A stretch of DNA of 64,000 bases from Gloeobacterales cyanobacterium (GTDB lineage Bacteria; Cyanobacteriota; Cyanobacteriia; Gloeobacterales; PMM-0068). The stretch lies in contig JBBRSB010000023.1 in NCBI GenBank assembly GCA_038245785.1, positions 1-64,000 of the forward strand, written 5' to 3'. Positions 20,522 through 32,602 of the stretch are shown here, piece after piece (the first letter of the stretch is position 1; every line of letters starts with the position of its first letter). The notes under the pieces are model-generated. The model made no database searches and was not told where the DNA came from. It was given only the letters and a program-made list of their open reading frames with translations. The position numbers and the translations under genes were made by a program.

Positions 20522-22804
20522 ATGCATCAGCATAATAAACCAAAACTTAAGGAATATTTTCGACTGGCAACTGAAGCGCCAGAGAATGTGTTTCTTATGT
20601 CTGAGAGGAAAACCATATTACTTTGCGATCGTCTTTATGTTCAGTTGATTCCTTTACTCGACGGTTGTCATAGTGTTGATGAAATTATAGAACAGTTGCA
20701 AGATCAAATTCCTCCTGCTTATATCTATTACGGGCTGGCTCATCTAGAGAACCAAGGCTATTTGAGAAACAGTGACGAGCTTATCTCTCCATCATTAGCC
20801 ATCTTTTGCGATCACTTGAATATTAATGCCAAGACTGCTTACCATCAGTTGCAAAATACTAAGGTGACCGTCAGGGCAGTCGGCTCTGTTTCTACTTCAG
20901 AATTCGTTAAAATTCTCAAACTGCACCAAATCCAGGTCACTGAAGATAAGGATTTGGAGACTGAACATGCTGATTTAAAGGTTGTGGTATGCGATGACTA
21001 CTTACAAGTAGAGCTAGCAGCCCTAAATCAGGCAGCACTCGATCATTCGTGTCCTTGGCTTCTGGTTAAGCCCATCGGAACTGTGATTTGGCTTGGTCCA
21101 CTATTTTATCCAAGAAAAACAGGCTGTTGGGAGTGTTTAGGGCAACGCTTAAAATGCAACCGCCCCGTTGAAGGATATCTAGCGCGACATACAGACACTG
21201 TAATACCTCTAACACCCTATCTCAATACCATACCTGCAGTTTTGCACACAGCTTGGGGAATGGCAGCAACTGAGATCTTGAAATGGATTGTCCAAGATCG
21301 GCAAAATAAAAGGCTGGAAGGCACCTTAGTCACCCATGATACGCTAACGCTGGAAACTCAGAGCCATACGCTCATTAGGCGTCCTCAATGCCCTAGTTGT
21401 GGACTCATGAAAGGCAGCCGCGCAAACCCAGTTCCTTTGATTCTTGGCAATCGCAAGAAAACTTTTACTGCTGATGGTGGGCATCGTTGCAGTTCGCCGG
21501 AAGCAACTTTGAAAAAATATCAGCACCACATAAGTCCTATCACAGGAATTGTTCGAGAATTACAGAAGTTACCCTATAGCCTGGATGGTTTGCAGCATAC
21601 CTATGTGGCAAAACACCATTTCATCTCAATGTTTGATGATCTTAAAATGCTGACTCAAAACATTGGAGGCAGAAGTGGAGGAAAAGGAAGAACGGACACA
21701 CAAGCACGGGTTAGTGCTTTTGGAGAAGCTATAGAAAGATATTCTGGAGTTTTCCAGGGCGATGAAATCAGAATCAAAGGGAGCTACCAGCAACTCGCTG
21801 AATCGGCTATTCATCCCAATTCTTGTATGAATTTTAGTCAAGCTCAATACACAAACCGCAAACAATGGAATGACAGTTGTCAAAGTCCTTTTCAAAGCGT
21901 TCCCGAACCTTTTGATGAATTAAGAGAGATCGAGTGGACGCCCGTTTGGTCTTTGACCCAGCAACAGTTTAAGTATCTGCCAACTGCTTACTGCTACTTT
22001 GGCTATCCCAAACCGTTAAAACCTGATTGTTGGGCAGATACAAACGGTTGTGCAGCGGGGAATACCTTAGAAGAAGCTATCCTGCAAGGTTTCATGGAAT
22101 TGGTTGAGCGCGATAGTGTTGCTCTGTGGTGGTACAACAGGATTAAAAGACCTCACGTCAATTTAGACAGTTTCGATGACCCTTATTTCTCAGCTCTACA
22201 ACGTTCCTATCAATCGATTAATCGGGAACTGTGGGTTCTTGATATCATCAGTGATCTGAATATTCCAACCTTTGTTGCTGTTAGCCGCTGTTACGATCGA
22301 AAAACAGAAGATATCCTTTTAGGTTTCGGTGCACATTTTGATCCTAAGATCGCTCTTGGAAGAGCATTGACCGAAATTAATCAGCTCCTGCCTGCGGTTT
22401 TAGAAACGAATGCTGATGGTGCGTCTCGGTATGCTTCTTCAGCTGAACATTTAGCACTCAGTTGGTGGAAGACAGCAACAGTGCAAAATCAGCCCTATCT
22501 AAATCCTGATAAAAGTAGTGTGCCCAAAGTATATTCTGACTATGAGCACGTATGGAGTGATGATTTGCTTGATGACATTCGTAGATGCCAGCAATTGGTG
22601 GAGCAAAGGGGAATGAAAATGCTAGTGCTAGATCAAACCCGGAGTGATATTGGATTGAAAGTAGTTAAAGTTATTGTGCCAGGAATGCGCCACTCTTGGA
22701 AACGTCTAGGACCAGGACGACTTTATGACATTCCGGTGCAATTAGGATGGCTACAAGAACCAATGCCAGAAGAGAGCCTTAACCTCTTGCCAATGTGTCT
22801 ATAA
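20522..22804 (+). CDS. fused TOMM cyclodehydratase (RRE + E1-like + YcaO)
   Basis: WLLVKP...GP, CWEC/CPSC, SGGKG...EAIERYS, TNGCAAGNTLEEAILQGFMELVERD. Confidence 0.95.
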   Translation: MHQHNKPKLKEYFRLATEAPENVFLMSERKTILLCDRLYVQLIPLLDGCHSVDEIIEQLQDQIPPAYIYYGLAHLENQGYLRNSDELISPSLAIFCDHLNINAKTAYHQLQNTKVTVRAVGSVSTSEFVKILKLHQIQVTEDKDLETEHADLKVVVCDDYLQVELAALNQAALDHSCPWLLVKPIGTVIWLGPLFYPRKTGCWECLGQRLKCNRPVEGYLARHTDTVIPLTPYLNTIPAVLHTAWGMAATEILKWIVQDRQNKRLEGTLVTHDTLTLETQSHTLIRRPQCPSCGLMKGSRANPVPLILGNRKKTFTADGGHRCSSPEATLKKYQHHISPITGIVRELQKLPYSLDGLQHTYVAKHHFISMFDDLKMLTQNIGGRSGGKGRTDTQARVSAFGEAIERYSGVFQGDEIRIKGSYQQLAESAIHPNSCMNFSQAQYTNRKQWNDSCQSPFQSVPEPFDELREIEWTPVWSLTQQQFKYLPTAYCYFGYPKPLKPDCWADTNGCAAGNTLEEAILQGFMELVERDSVALWWYNRIKRPHVNLDSFDDPYFSALQRSYQSINRELWVLDIISDLNIPTFVAVSRCYDRKTEDILLGFGAHFDPKIALGRALTEINQLLPAVLETNADGASRYASSAEHLALSWWKTATVQNQPYLNPDKSSVPKVYSDYEHVWSDDLLDDIRRCQQLVEQRGMKMLVLDQTRSDIGLKVVKVIVPGMRHSWKRLGPGRLYDIPVQLGWLQEPMPEESLNLLPMCL

Positions 22805-22863
22805 TTCTCTGAATATTTTGGTTATTACTGAGTCTCCTATCCCAGCAAACGGTTTTGTATTTT

Positions 22864-23937
22864 ATGTTAAAGGGTTATCGAATCATTGATGCTGATGCTC
22901 ACGTCCATGAACCTCACACTATGTGGGCGGATTACCTTGAGCCTTCCTTTAGACACTTTGCCCCTTCATCGGATCTAAAGATCGGAGGGGAAGCAGTCAT
23001 TAATCAGCTCTCTGAGCAGTATTTGCGTCAATGGACAAATCCAATTTTGCAAGTTGAGCCATTAGCAGGTTCTGACCCCCAAATCCAGGTGCAAGCCATA
23101 ATGCAGATGGGTATTGACATTGCATTTATTTATCCAACATCACTTTTGTTTATAAGTGCTGTAGATACTATGGCACCTCAGCTAGCAGGTGCTTTTATTC
23201 GTGCTTATAACAATTGGTTGCACGATTTTTGCAGTTTTAACCCTCAAATCCTTAAAGGTGTGGGGGGTATAAACCTTCATGCTCCAGAAGAAATGGTCCC
23301 TGAATTGTTGCGGGTTGTTGGATTTGGCTGGAAATCAATCTTTATACGCCCTAATCCTGTTAAGGGTCGCATCTTGAGTGATCCAGCTTATGAACCTTTC
23401 TGGCAAACCTGTGAGGAGCTAGAGGTCGCAATCTGTCTTCATGAAGGAACTCCCAGTCGTCTTCCTACTGTCGGAGCCGATCGCTTTAAAAGCCGCTTCG
23501 CTTTGCGCTCCTGTTCACACCCCATGGAACAAATGATGGCATTACTTACCTTAATAGAAGGAGGTGTCCTTGAACGCCATCCTACACTCAAAATTGGTTT
23601 TCTAGAGTCAGGAGGGGGTTGGTTACCCTATTGGTTATGGCGACTCGATCAAGAGTACGAGAATTCACGCTGGGAGCTCGCAAACAATGTGAAGATTAAG
23701 CCTTCAGAATATTTTCATCGTCAGTGTTTTATTTCTATTGAACCTTCAGAGCCATATCTTGCCCAAATCCTTGATTATATTGGCTTAGATAATATTCTCT
23801 TTGGTTCTGATTATCCTCACGGAGAGTATCAACCAGATATTGTTGATCAAGTTGTTGCCCTCGAAGAACAACTGTCACGAAAAACTATACAAAAGATTTT
23901 ATGGGATAATCCTGCTCGCTTTTATGGGTTAGTGTAA
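22864..23937 (+). CDS. amidohydrolase family protein (Amidohydro_2)
   Basis: IIDADAHVHE, LHEG, FLESGGGW, FGSDYPH, NPARFY motifs. Confidence 0.92.
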   Translation: MLKGYRIIDADAHVHEPHTMWADYLEPSFRHFAPSSDLKIGGEAVINQLSEQYLRQWTNPILQVEPLAGSDPQIQVQAIMQMGIDIAFIYPTSLLFISAVDTMAPQLAGAFIRAYNNWLHDFCSFNPQILKGVGGINLHAPEEMVPELLRVVGFGWKSIFIRPNPVKGRILSDPAYEPFWQTCEELEVAICLHEGTPSRLPTVGADRFKSRFALRSCSHPMEQMMALLTLIEGGVLERHPTLKIGFLESGGGWLPYWLWRLDQEYENSRWELANNVKIKPSEYFHRQCFISIEPSEPYLAQILDYIGLDNILFGSDYPHGEYQPDIVDQVVALEEQLSRKTIQKILWDNPARFYGLV

Positions 23938-23981
23938 AATTGTAAGACTGATTTCAAATCAAGACGAGAGGGGGGACTGAT

Positions 23982-24992
23982 ATGGCTAGCGAGCAGTTTC
24001 CGGTTGCAGGAGTTGATGAACAGATACTATTTGACTTGAGCTGCTCCAGAGTTATAGGTCCTGTAATAACATTAGCGCAAGAGATCAACCTATTTGAACT
24101 CTTTAATCAAACACCTCAAACGATTGATAGCGTCGTCAAGAATCTTAAAGTTACACCTTTAGTCTCTGAAGCTTTCATCGCTGTTCTTGCTGCATTTGGG
24201 TTACTTCAAAGACAAAACGATAAGCAGTTTAAGCTAACAGAAATTGCAAAAACGTATATGCTGCCAGAAAGCCCCTTTTTTTATACAGGGTTTTGTCCTC
24301 CGCAAGAATGGTATCTGGATCTGCTTCGCATGAAAGTTTTAAGTGGCGGTCAACCACCTATGCCACTAGCTGTTGGGATGAAACACCATAGAGTTGAGGT
24401 AATACGAAGTTTCATCGAGCGGATGCATATGATGACACTTCCAGCAGCAGCAAGTTTGGCTAAACAACCCGTTTTCGGAAGAATATCTCACCTCCTTGAT
24501 GTTGGAGGTGGATCAGGTTCACTTGCGATAGCTATTGCAGCAATCAACCCACAGATTCGATGCACAATTATGGATCTCGAACCTGTTTGTCAAATTGCAC
24601 ACGAAAACATTGAGAAGTATGGTTTGCAAGAACGGGTTACTACTGTTTCAAAAGACATGTTTGAAGATCCCTGGGGAGAAGAACCTGATGGCATTCTATT
24701 CGGCAATATCTTTCACGACTGGGATTTGGAGCGCTGTTATTTCTTAGCTAAACGAGCATTCGATGTACTCAAATCTGGCGGAAGTATCTTGATGCATGAA
24801 ATGCCTTTAAATGAAACAAAAGATGGCCCACTGACAGTAGCATGTCTATCTGCTATATTGCTGATGTATGAGAATGGTAAGCAATATACATTGAGTGAAC
24901 TAGAAAAGATAATGTCCTCAGTAGGTTTTATTAACTTTAAATCTACACCTACCTTTGTTTATTATCATCTAATCACTGCTTCAAAGCCATAA
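23982..24992 (+). CDS. SAM-dependent O-methyltransferase (dimerisation + Methyltransf_2)
   Basis: LLDVGGGSG and GNIFHDW motifs. Confidence 0.92.
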   Translation: MASEQFPVAGVDEQILFDLSCSRVIGPVITLAQEINLFELFNQTPQTIDSVVKNLKVTPLVSEAFIAVLAAFGLLQRQNDKQFKLTEIAKTYMLPESPFFYTGFCPPQEWYLDLLRMKVLSGGQPPMPLAVGMKHHRVEVIRSFIERMHMMTLPAAASLAKQPVFGRISHLLDVGGGSGSLAIAIAAINPQIRCTIMDLEPVCQIAHENIEKYGLQERVTTVSKDMFEDPWGEEPDGILFGNIFHDWDLERCYFLAKRAFDVLKSGGSILMHEMPLNETKDGPLTVACLSAILLMYENGKQYTLSELEKIMSSVGFINFKSTPTFVYYHLITASKP

Positions 24993-25028
24993 TGTTTTTT
25001 AGCAGCTTTAGGCAGAGGGAGAATCATA

Positions 25029-28000
25029 ATGAGAAGCCTTAATGATTACCAAATTACTACTCAAATCTATGAAAGCTTCAACTCGTTAGTTTATAGGGCG
25101 GTTCTTAAAACTAATAATCAATCTGTTATTTTGAAGATTCTCAAAGAGGATTACCCCTCCCCCTCAAAACTAACAAACTATAAACAGGAGTATGAAATCA
25201 CTCGCTCTTTAAATGCAACTGGAGTGATCAAGGTTTATGGTTTGCAAAGATATCGTAATACGCTTGCAATAATTGAGGAAGATTTTGGAGGTATATCTTT
25301 AGATATTTTATTAAACTCTAGAGGTCTTGCATTATCAGAATTCCTTACTATCGCCATTAAAATTACTGAGGGTCTGGGTGAGATTCATACTGCTAACGTT
25401 ATTCACAAAGATATTAATCCCTCCAACATTGTTTGGAATGCAAAAACAAATCAGCTTAAAATTATTGACTTTGGTATTTCCACAGTGTTAACGCGTGAAA
25501 ATCCATCAATCAAAAATCCGAGTGTTCTAGAAGGAACCCTGGCCTATATGTCACCCGAGCAAACGGGGAGAATGAATCGGGTACTTGACTACACTACGGA
25601 TTTTTACTCCCTTGGTGTGACCTTTTACCAAATGCTAACCGGTTACTTGCCCTTTGAAGCGAATGAAGCCTTAGAACTAGTGCATTGTCATATTGCTAAG
25701 CACCCCGTTGCGCCTTATGAACTTAAGTCAGATATTCCTAAGGTAGTTTCTAGTCTGATTATGAAATTGTTGGCAAAAACATCAGAAGAGCGATACTTAA
25801 GTGCTTTTGGAATAAAAGCTGATCTCGAAGAATGTTTTAGACAGTTACAAACAACTAGAAAAATTCTAGATTTCCCTCTTGCACAACAAGACACTTCTAA
25901 TAGATTCAGCATCCCACAAAAACTTTATGGCAGAGAACAGGAAATTGAAAAATTATTATCAACGTTTAAACGTGTTACTCAGACCAAGGAAGAGCAAGTA
26001 CGAAAACATGTCGAAATGATACTAATTCGTGGCTATTCCGGCATTGGAAAATCTGTACTGGTACGAGAACTCTATAAACCAATTACTGCTGAGCAGGGCT
26101 ATTTTATTTCTGGAAAGTTTGAACAGTTTCAGCGTAATATTCCTTATTCTGCAATTACCTCTGCCTTTCGTTCTCTCATACAGCAACTCTTAGCTGAAAA
26201 TGATATACAGTTATCACAGTGGCGTGAGAAACTCCTAGCAGCACTTGGTTCTAATGGACAAGTAATTGCTGATGTTATACCTGAGATAGAACAAATTGTT
26301 GGACCTCAATCTCCTGTACAGCAACTGGAACCAATAGAGGCACAGAATCGATTTAGCCTCGTCTTTCAAAAGTTTGTCCAAGTGTTTTGTCAGCAATCAC
26401 ATCCACTGGTTATCTTTTTGGATGACTTACAGTGGGCAGACTCAGCCAGTTTAAAGGTCATTGATTTGATGATGACTGATGACCAGATGCAATATTTGCT
26501 ATTAATTGGAGCTTACAGAGATAATGAAGTTGATCTAAGTCACCCTTTGTCAATAACTCTTAAGGGTTTAGAAAAAGGTGGAGCTATTTTACAATGGATG
26601 ACCCTGGTTCCCCTAGCTCTTCCTCATGTTACCCAGTTGATTGCTGACACTCTCCACAACGAACTGGAATCGGTTGAACTGCTAGCAAAATTGATTCACC
26701 AAAAAACATCAGGCAATCCTTTCTTTGTCAATGAATTTCTTAAAACTCTCTACCAGGAAAACCTTTTACAGTTTTCGTGGCAACAGCGTCGCTGGCAATG
26801 GGATATTGCTCAAATTCAGGCTTTAGGTATTACAGAATATGTAGTTGATCTGCTGATTAGTAATTTAAGAAAAATTCCAGAGAAATCTCAACAAGTTTTG
26901 TATCTAGCTGCTTGTATTGGCAATAGTTTTGATCTCCATACTCTCTCAACTATTTACGAAGAACCTGTTGTAAAAACATTTTCAGATCTATTACCTGCTA
27001 TCCAATCTGGACTCATTCAACCTACTTCAAATCTAGAAATTTCTTCAGACGAAACCATCGATTCCTCACTAATTATTCTTAACTTTAATTTTTTACACGA
27101 TCGGGTGCAGCAGGCAGCCTATGCCCTAATCGATGATGAGCTAAAGAAAGCTATTCATCTGCAAATTGGACAACTGATATTATCCAATGCTTCATTAAAT
27201 GAACTAGATGAAAAAATATTTAAGCTAGTCGATCACCTTAATAAGGGAAAAAACTTAATTGAGCATGAAGAAAAAAAAGTTGAATTGGCTAAATTGAATC
27301 TAAAAGCAGGTAACAAAGCGAAGGAAGCCACAGCTTATGTAGCGGCTAGAGAGTATCTGCTCTCAGCCACCGAAACTTTTCCTGGAAATATTTGGGAAGA
27401 CAATTATGAACTGGCTGTAGAGCTGTATAAAGAACTAGGACAGGTTGAATATCTTAACGGCAACTTTCAGGAATCGGAATTGTTGATTAAATCTAATCTG
27501 GATAAAGTCAATTCAGCAATCGAGCGCTCTGAATTCTATTATCTTTTAGTCGAGCAGTACACCATGCTTGGCAAGTATTCCGAGGCAATTCAGTCAGGAC
27601 GCATTGCACTTGAAGATCTGGGTATTATCTTACCTGATCAGGATTTTGACCAAGCTCTTGAAGCTGAGCTAATTAGATTTAGTGATAATTTAGGCGTTCG
27701 AGAAGTAAGTTCTCTTATTGATAATTTAAAAATGGCAGATCCAGCGAAGCGTTCTGCTTTAGATTTATTGATAAAATTACAACCTCCAACTTATTTGAGT
27801 GGTTCAGAGCTTGCAGGCATCGTAATGGCTAAATCAGCGAATTTGAGTGTTGAACATGGTCATACATCCAAATCTGCGATTAGTTACGGAATATTTGGTA
27901 TGCTGCATTCAATGCTAGGCAACTATCAACTTAGTTACCAACTTACACTGTTAGGATATCAGCTTAGTATAAAATTTGACGACTATTATTCTATAAGCCA

Positions 28001-31000
28001 AACAGCCAATTACCTTGCTAATTTCTCTCTTTTATGGGTTAGGCACATCAAAGAAACTGAAAGTTTTAATGCTGAATCAATTAATTCTGGATTGCAGTCA
28101 GGAATGCTCCAGTTTACTGGTTTTAGTATGACTCACATATTGTTAAATAGAATTTATCAAGGCAAAAATATATCTCCTTTTCTTGATGAAGCATTTAATA
28201 TTTTAGCTTTCTCCAGAAAAACGAAAAATCAATGGTCTACTGATTGCATCTTAGGGCAGGCAATAATATTAGCAAATCTACTGGCTCAGACACAGGACAA
28301 ACTATATTTTGGTTGTAATGAGGTTGATGAATCTCAGTACCTAGATGAAGAGGGAACTAGCCGAACCTCAAATGCCATCTGCTATTATCACATTTTCAAG
28401 GCTCAAGTTTTATACTTATATAACAAGCTAGATCTAGCATTAGTCTCAATTGCCAAAGCTCAAAAACTGTTAGCTTTCATCCCTGGTACTATTCATGCTT
28501 CTACTTATAACTTCTACTATTCTCTAATTTTAATTGCTCTTTATCCAACTGTCTCTCTAGAGAAACAGCGAGAGTATTGGAGGCAGATTGAGGCTAACCA
28601 AGAGCAGATTAAAAATTGGGTAAATCAATGCCCTGACAATTTTCTCCATAAGTATCTTCTGGTTGAGGCAGAAATGGCTCGTGTATTAGGTAAATGGTAT
28701 GAAGCAGAGGGTCTGTACGACCAATCCATTGAGTCAGCAAGAAAATATGACTTTTCCCAAAACGAAGCTTTATCAAATGAACTCGCAGCCAAGTTTTGGC
28801 TAGCTAGAGGTAAAGAAGAATTTGCCCAAATCTACATGAAAAAAGCTTACCAAGGCTATCAAATGTGGGGAGCTAAGCGCAAGGTAAAGGATTTAGATGT
28901 GAGATATCCTGAGTGGTTTAATTCAAAATCATCTTTAAGTCAAGATACTTCTCTCAATCTTTTAAAAACTTCTAAAACTTTCACTGAAGTATTGGATTTA
29001 GCCACAGTAATAAAAGCCTCACAGGCAATTTCGGGTGAGATAGTTGAAATCGATCTATTAGAAAAGCTGATGAAAATTATGATTGAGAATGCTGGCGCTC
29101 AAGTTGGTTTTCTCATCTTAGAAAAGAAAGGTCAACTAGTAATTGAGGCCCAAGATTCTGTCGAACAAAATGCGGTGATAGTGTGTCAATCAATCCCGGT
29201 TGAAACTAGCCAGCAGTTGCCCCTATCTCTAGTTAATTATGTAGTAAGAACCAGAGAAGATGTTGTCTTGGCAGATGCAACTCGTGAAGGCAGATTCACC
29301 GCAGATCCTTATGTTTCTCAAAATCGATCTAAATCTATTCTGTGTATGCCGATCGTCCATCAAGGAAAACTTATCGGTTTACTATATCTAGAAAATAATT
29401 TAACGACAGATGCTTTCACCCCAGACCGATTAGAAGTACTAAAGCTTTTGTCCTCTCAGGCAGCCATTTCTTTGCAAAATGCCCAACTTTATATCGCATT
29501 GCGTGAAAGTGAAAGAAAGCTCGCTCAAATTTTAGAAGCAGTGCCAGTGGGCGTGTTCGTGATTGATGCTAAAGGCAACCCTTACTATGTTAATCGAACT
29601 GCCCAACAGATACTTGGGAAGGGCGTCGTACCCGAAGCCACGACTGCTCAATTGCCTGAAACCTATCAAGCTTATCTGGCGGGGACGGAGCAGTTGTACC
29701 CCACCGAGCAGCAGCCCATCATGCGAGCCTTGAAGGGAGAAAGGACAACCATCGACGATCTTGAGATTCACCAAGTTGATAAGATTATTCCCTTAGAAGT
29801 GTCAGCCACACCAGTCTTCGATGAGAAGGGTCAAATTGTCTATGCTATAGCCGCTTTTGCTGACATCACTCAACGAAGACAAGCAGAAGCCGAGCGCATT
29901 CAATTCACTCAAGAGCTAGCACTCAAAAATGAAGCTTTGCAGGAAGTAACCGATGAATTAGAAGAGTACAGCCGTACTTTGGAGCGAAAAGTTCAGGAGC
30001 GTACCCAAGAGTTGACACAGACTCTGGAAATTCTTAAAGCCACGCAATCTGAACTTCTCTTTGAAAACGATCTCCTAAGAAGTGCTGAGCAAACCTCCAA
30101 CTTTGACTATCAAGTAGGGGGGAGTTTGCCCATGGATGCTCCTACCTATGTGGTACGTGCCGCAGACCGTTATCTCTACAAAGCATTGATGCGTGGAGAG
30201 TTTTGCTATGTCCTCAATGCGCGTCAAATGGGCAAGTCAAGTCTTATGGTCCGTATGATCTATCACCTCCAACATGAAGGTCTTAGCTGTGCTGCCATTG
30301 ATATGACTCGTATTGGCAGTGAAAACGTCACGGTGGACCAATGGTACAAGGGATTGGCGATGGAGTTGTGGCAGAACTTTGATCTAATGAGAAAAGTTAA
30401 TTTGAGGACGTGGTGGAATGAGCGACTTGATGTTTCTCCTGTCCAGCGGTTGAGTCAATTTATTGAAGAAGTTCTTCTCGTTCATGTCGGAGTAGAAGAT
30501 GGTCTTCGCAAACAAGTAATCATTTTTATTGATGAAATTGATAGTCTTTTGAGCTTAAATTTTCCGGTTAACGATTTTTTCACTCTGATTCGCTCTTGTT
30601 ATAACCAGCGCAGTCTCAATCCAGCCTATCAACGGCTAAACTTTGCTTTCTTTGGCACAGCAACCCCTTCGGATTTAATTACGGACTCCCAGAGAACGCC
30701 TTTTAATCTTGGTCAGGCCATCCGTCTAGAAGGCTTTAAAGAACATGAGGCCCAGCCACTGCTTCAAGGATTGGCGGAGAAAGTCAGTAACCCACAGGTA
30801 ATTCTCAAAGAGGTATTAGCTTGGACCAATGGTCAACCTTTCTTAACACAGAAATTATGTAGGCTTATACGTACTGCTGCTTCCCCTATTCCTGGCAACA
30901 ATGAGGCTGAGTGGATTGAGCATTTAGTCCAAACGCAAATAATAGACCACTGGGAATCACAGGACGAACCAGAACATTTGAGAACCATTCGGGATCGCTT

Positions 31001-31244
31001 ACTCAGTAATGACCAACAGAAGAGACCCTTGTTGAGACTTTACCAAAGAATTTTGCAACAAGATGAAATCCCTGCTGATGATAGCCCTGAGCAAAGAGAA
31101 TTAGTACTATCAGGATTGGTTTCTAAACACAAGGGCAAGGACCAAACAGATATGCCCAAACTTATAGCCAATAACCGCATTTACAAGACTATTTTCAATC
31201 TGTCTTGGGTTGAACAGCAGTTGGCTCATCCTGACTCGCGTTGA
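25029..31244 (+). CDS. multidomain sensor: Ser/Thr kinase - AAA ATPase - TPR-like - GAF - PAS - coiled coil - AAA_35
   Basis: [46 protein letters not shown]...[12 protein letters not shown]_35. Confidence 0.92.
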   Translation: MRSLNDYQITTQIYESFNSLVYRAVLKTNNQSVILKILKEDYPSPSKLTNYKQEYEITRSLNATGVIKVYGLQRYRNTLAIIEEDFGGISLDILLNSRGLALSEFLTIAIKITEGLGEIHTANVIHKDINPSNIVWNAKTNQLKIIDFGISTVLTRENPSIKNPSVLEGTLAYMSPEQTGRMNRVLDYTTDFYSLGVTFYQMLTGYLPFEANEALELVHCHIAKHPVAPYELKSDIPKVVSSLIMKLLAKTSEERYLSAFGIKADLEECFRQLQTTRKILDFPLAQQDTSNRFSIPQKLYGREQEIEKLLSTFKRVTQTKEEQVRKHVEMILIRGYSGIGKSVLVRELYKPITAEQGYFISGKFEQFQRNIPYSAITSAFRSLIQQLLAENDIQLSQWREKLLAALGSNGQVIADVIPEIEQIVGPQSPVQQLEPIEAQNRFSLVFQKFVQVFCQQSHPLVIFLDDLQWADSASLKVIDLMMTDDQMQYLLLIGAYRDNEVDLSHPLSITLKGLEKGGAILQWMTLVPLALPHVTQLIADTLHNELESVELLAKLIHQKTSGNPFFVNEFLKTLYQENLLQFSWQQRRWQWDIAQIQALGITEYVVDLLISNLRKIPEKSQQVLYLAACIGNSFDLHTLSTIYEEPVVKTFSDLLPAIQSGLIQPTSNLEISSDETIDSSLIILNFNFLHDRVQQAAYALIDDELKKAIHLQIGQLILSNASLNELDEKIFKLVDHLNKGKNLIEHEEKKVELAKLNLKAGNKAKEATAYVAAREYLLSATETFPGNIWEDNYELAVELYKELGQVEYLNGNFQESELLIKSNLDKVNSAIERSEFYYLLVEQYTMLGKYSEAIQSGRIALEDLGIILPDQDFDQALEAELIRFSDNLGVREVSSLIDNLKMADPAKRSALDLLIKLQPPTYLSGSELAGIVMAKSANLSVEHGHTSKSAISYGIFGMLHSMLGNYQLSYQLTLLGYQLSIKFDDYYSISQTANYLANFSLLWVRHIKETESFNAESINSGLQSGMLQFTGFSMTHILLNRIYQGKNISPFLDEAFNILAFSRKTKNQWSTDCILGQAIILANLLAQTQDKLYFGCNEVDESQYLDEEGTSRTSNAICYYHIFKAQVLYLYNKLDLALVSIAKAQKLLAFIPGTIHASTYNFYYSLILIALYPTVSLEKQREYWRQIEANQEQIKNWVNQCPDNFLHKYLLVEAEMARVLGKWYEAEGLYDQSIESARKYDFSQNEALSNELAAKFWLARGKEEFAQIYMKKAYQGYQMWGAKRKVKDLDVRYPEWFNSKSSLSQDTSLNLLKTSKTFTEVLDLATVIKASQAISGEIVEIDLLEKLMKIMIENAGAQVGFLILEKKGQLVIEAQDSVEQNAVIVCQSIPVETSQQLPLSLVNYVVRTREDVVLADATREGRFTADPYVSQNRSKSILCMPIVHQGKLIGLLYLENNLTTDAFTPDRLEVLKLLSSQAAISLQNAQLYIALRESERKLAQILEAVPVGVFVIDAKGNPYYVNRTAQQILGKGVVPEATTAQLPETYQAYLAGTEQLYPTEQQPIMRALKGERTTIDDLEIHQVDKIIPLEVSATPVFDEKGQIVYAIAAFADITQRRQAEAERIQFTQELALKNEALQEVTDELEEYSRTLERKVQERTQELTQTLEILKATQSELLFENDLLRSAEQTSNFDYQVGGSLPMDAPTYVVRAADRYLYKALMRGEFCYVLNARQMGKSSLMVRMIYHLQHEGLSCAAIDMTRIGSENVTVDQWYKGLAMELWQNFDLMRKVNLRTWWNERLDVSPVQRLSQFIEEVLLVHVGVEDGLRKQVIIFIDEIDSLLSLNFPVNDFFTLIRSCYNQRSLNPAYQRLNFAFFGTATPSDLITDSQRTPFNLGQAIRLEGFKEHEAQPLLQGLAEKVSNPQVILKEVLAWTNGQPFLTQKLCRLIRTAASPIPGNNEAEWIEHLVQTQIIDHWESQDEPEHLRTIRDRLLSNDQQKRPLLRLYQRILQQDEIPADDSPEQRELVLSGLVSKHKGKDQTDMPKLIANNRIYKTIFNLSWVEQQLAHPDSR

Positions 31245-31253
31245 CTCGGATGT

Positions 31254-31871
31254 CTAACCATAATTTCGACGGGCAGCGACAGAATAGAACTGAAACTCCG
31301 GCATGACCAGGGCCGTGAGTCTTCCGCCATAGACACATCCCGTATCTAAACCTATAGCAACCGGCTGCCCTTTCCATTGTTGAATCAGCGGTTGTTTCAT
31401 CACTCGATGGCCGAATAGCACCAGTCGTTCTTCCTGATAGTTTTTGTACCAGGGCGTACGCATTTCTGTTAATGCTTCTGGCTGTTGCTCTTCCAGTGCT
31501 ACCCCAAGCTTTAAGCCAGCATGGACTATATCGCCGTGTTGGGTACGGCGATAGAAAGGTAGATTGCGGAGATAGGCCAAAGCTTGCGGATTTTTTTTCA
31601 AAAGTTTTGCAGTAAGGGCTGCCACATGAGGGAGCGATTTTTTCCCTTCAAAATGGCGAACCATAGCCCAGTCATGATTTCCCATCACCGCCTCAGCCTG
31701 AACTTCTTGGATCAGCTCAAGGAGCCCCAAAAAGTCTGGCCCCCGATTGCAGAGATCCCCGGTTAGGTAAACGCGGTCAGTCCGTGTTAGCCCTACCTTA
31801 TCAAGAAGACGACCAAGCTCACTTGCGCAAGCATGGACATCGCCAATAAAGATTTCACGGGATTGGGTCAT
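31254..31871 (-). CDS. metallophosphoesterase (ApaH/PrpE-like)
   Basis: GDVHA, GDLCNRG, GNHD, FGH, DTGCVYGG motifs. Confidence 0.92.
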   Translation of the reverse strand: MTQSREIFIGDVHACASELGRLLDKVGLTRTDRVYLTGDLCNRGPDFLGLLELIQEVQAEAVMGNHDWAMVRHFEGKKSLPHVAALTAKLLKKNPQALAYLRNLPFYRRTQHGDIVHAGLKLGVALEEQQPEALTEMRTPWYKNYQEERLVLFGHRVMKQPLIQQWKGQPVAIGLDTGCVYGGRLTALVMPEFQFYSVAARRNYG

Positions 31872-32000
31872 GTGAAAATAGCACCAACGAAGGAAATACG
31901 ATCCGCTCGTTGGTGTTAGTAAACCGCATAACAGCACCCCAGGTCTAGGGTTTGCATTCAGAAAAGTTCTAAATACGGGGTTAGCAGCGATGACTAAGTC

Positions 32001-32468
32001 CTAATATTTAAATTCTTCTCCTCCTCTTCTGCGCTCTTTCCGTTCTGCCTTTAACTGATCCAGCTTAGTACGTTGCTCGGGAGTCAAAATCGCATTCAGT
32101 TTTTGTTTGTAGTCATCACGGGCCTGTTGGAGCTGAGGTTTCAGCGTTTGCATTTGGTTGCGAATACTCTGCAATTTCGCTTGGTCCCCTGATTCTCGGG
32201 CGGCTTTAGCTTGAGAGCGCAGGTCTTTCGCTTGAGTCATGAGGGGGCCATTCTTTTGTTTCTCTTGCTCCTTGAGCGCACGAATTTGGTCTTTTTGTTG
32301 GGTGGAAAGATTCAATTGATCCAGCTTACGCATGCCTCGCTCACCCCTTTCTCCTCGTTCACCTCTTTCTTGGGGAGGAGCTTCAGGAGCAGGAGATGGT
32401 TGTGCATAGGCAACTACGGGAGATAAAGAAAGAACAGCCATGAGGAGGGCGGGAATCCAACGTTTCAT
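32001..32468 (-). CDS. Spy/CpxP family periplasmic chaperone
   Basis: signal peptide; LSTQQ and LTPEQ (LTXXQ) motifs. Confidence 0.88.
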   Translation of the reverse strand: MKRWIPALLMAVLSLSPVVAYAQPSPAPEAPPQERGERGERGERGMRKLDQLNLSTQQKDQIRALKEQEKQKNGPLMTQAKDLRSQAKAARESGDQAKLQSIRNQMQTLKPQLQQARDDYKQKLNAILTPEQRTKLDQLKAERKERRRGGEEFKY

Positions 32469-32602
32469 AGGAATAGGTACATGAGAGACAGTACTTTATT
32501 GGACGCAGTGTCCTAATCCAGGGTTCATCGGTTTGAGAATGAACAGTCTAGGTCTTTGTGGAACTTTACAATGGTTGGAGAACGATTTATCCCAAGCTCG
32601 CT

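Noticed and set aside
32335..32370. ERG tripeptide repeat in the Spy/CpxP protein
   Set aside because: Ordinary low-complexity linker for this family.
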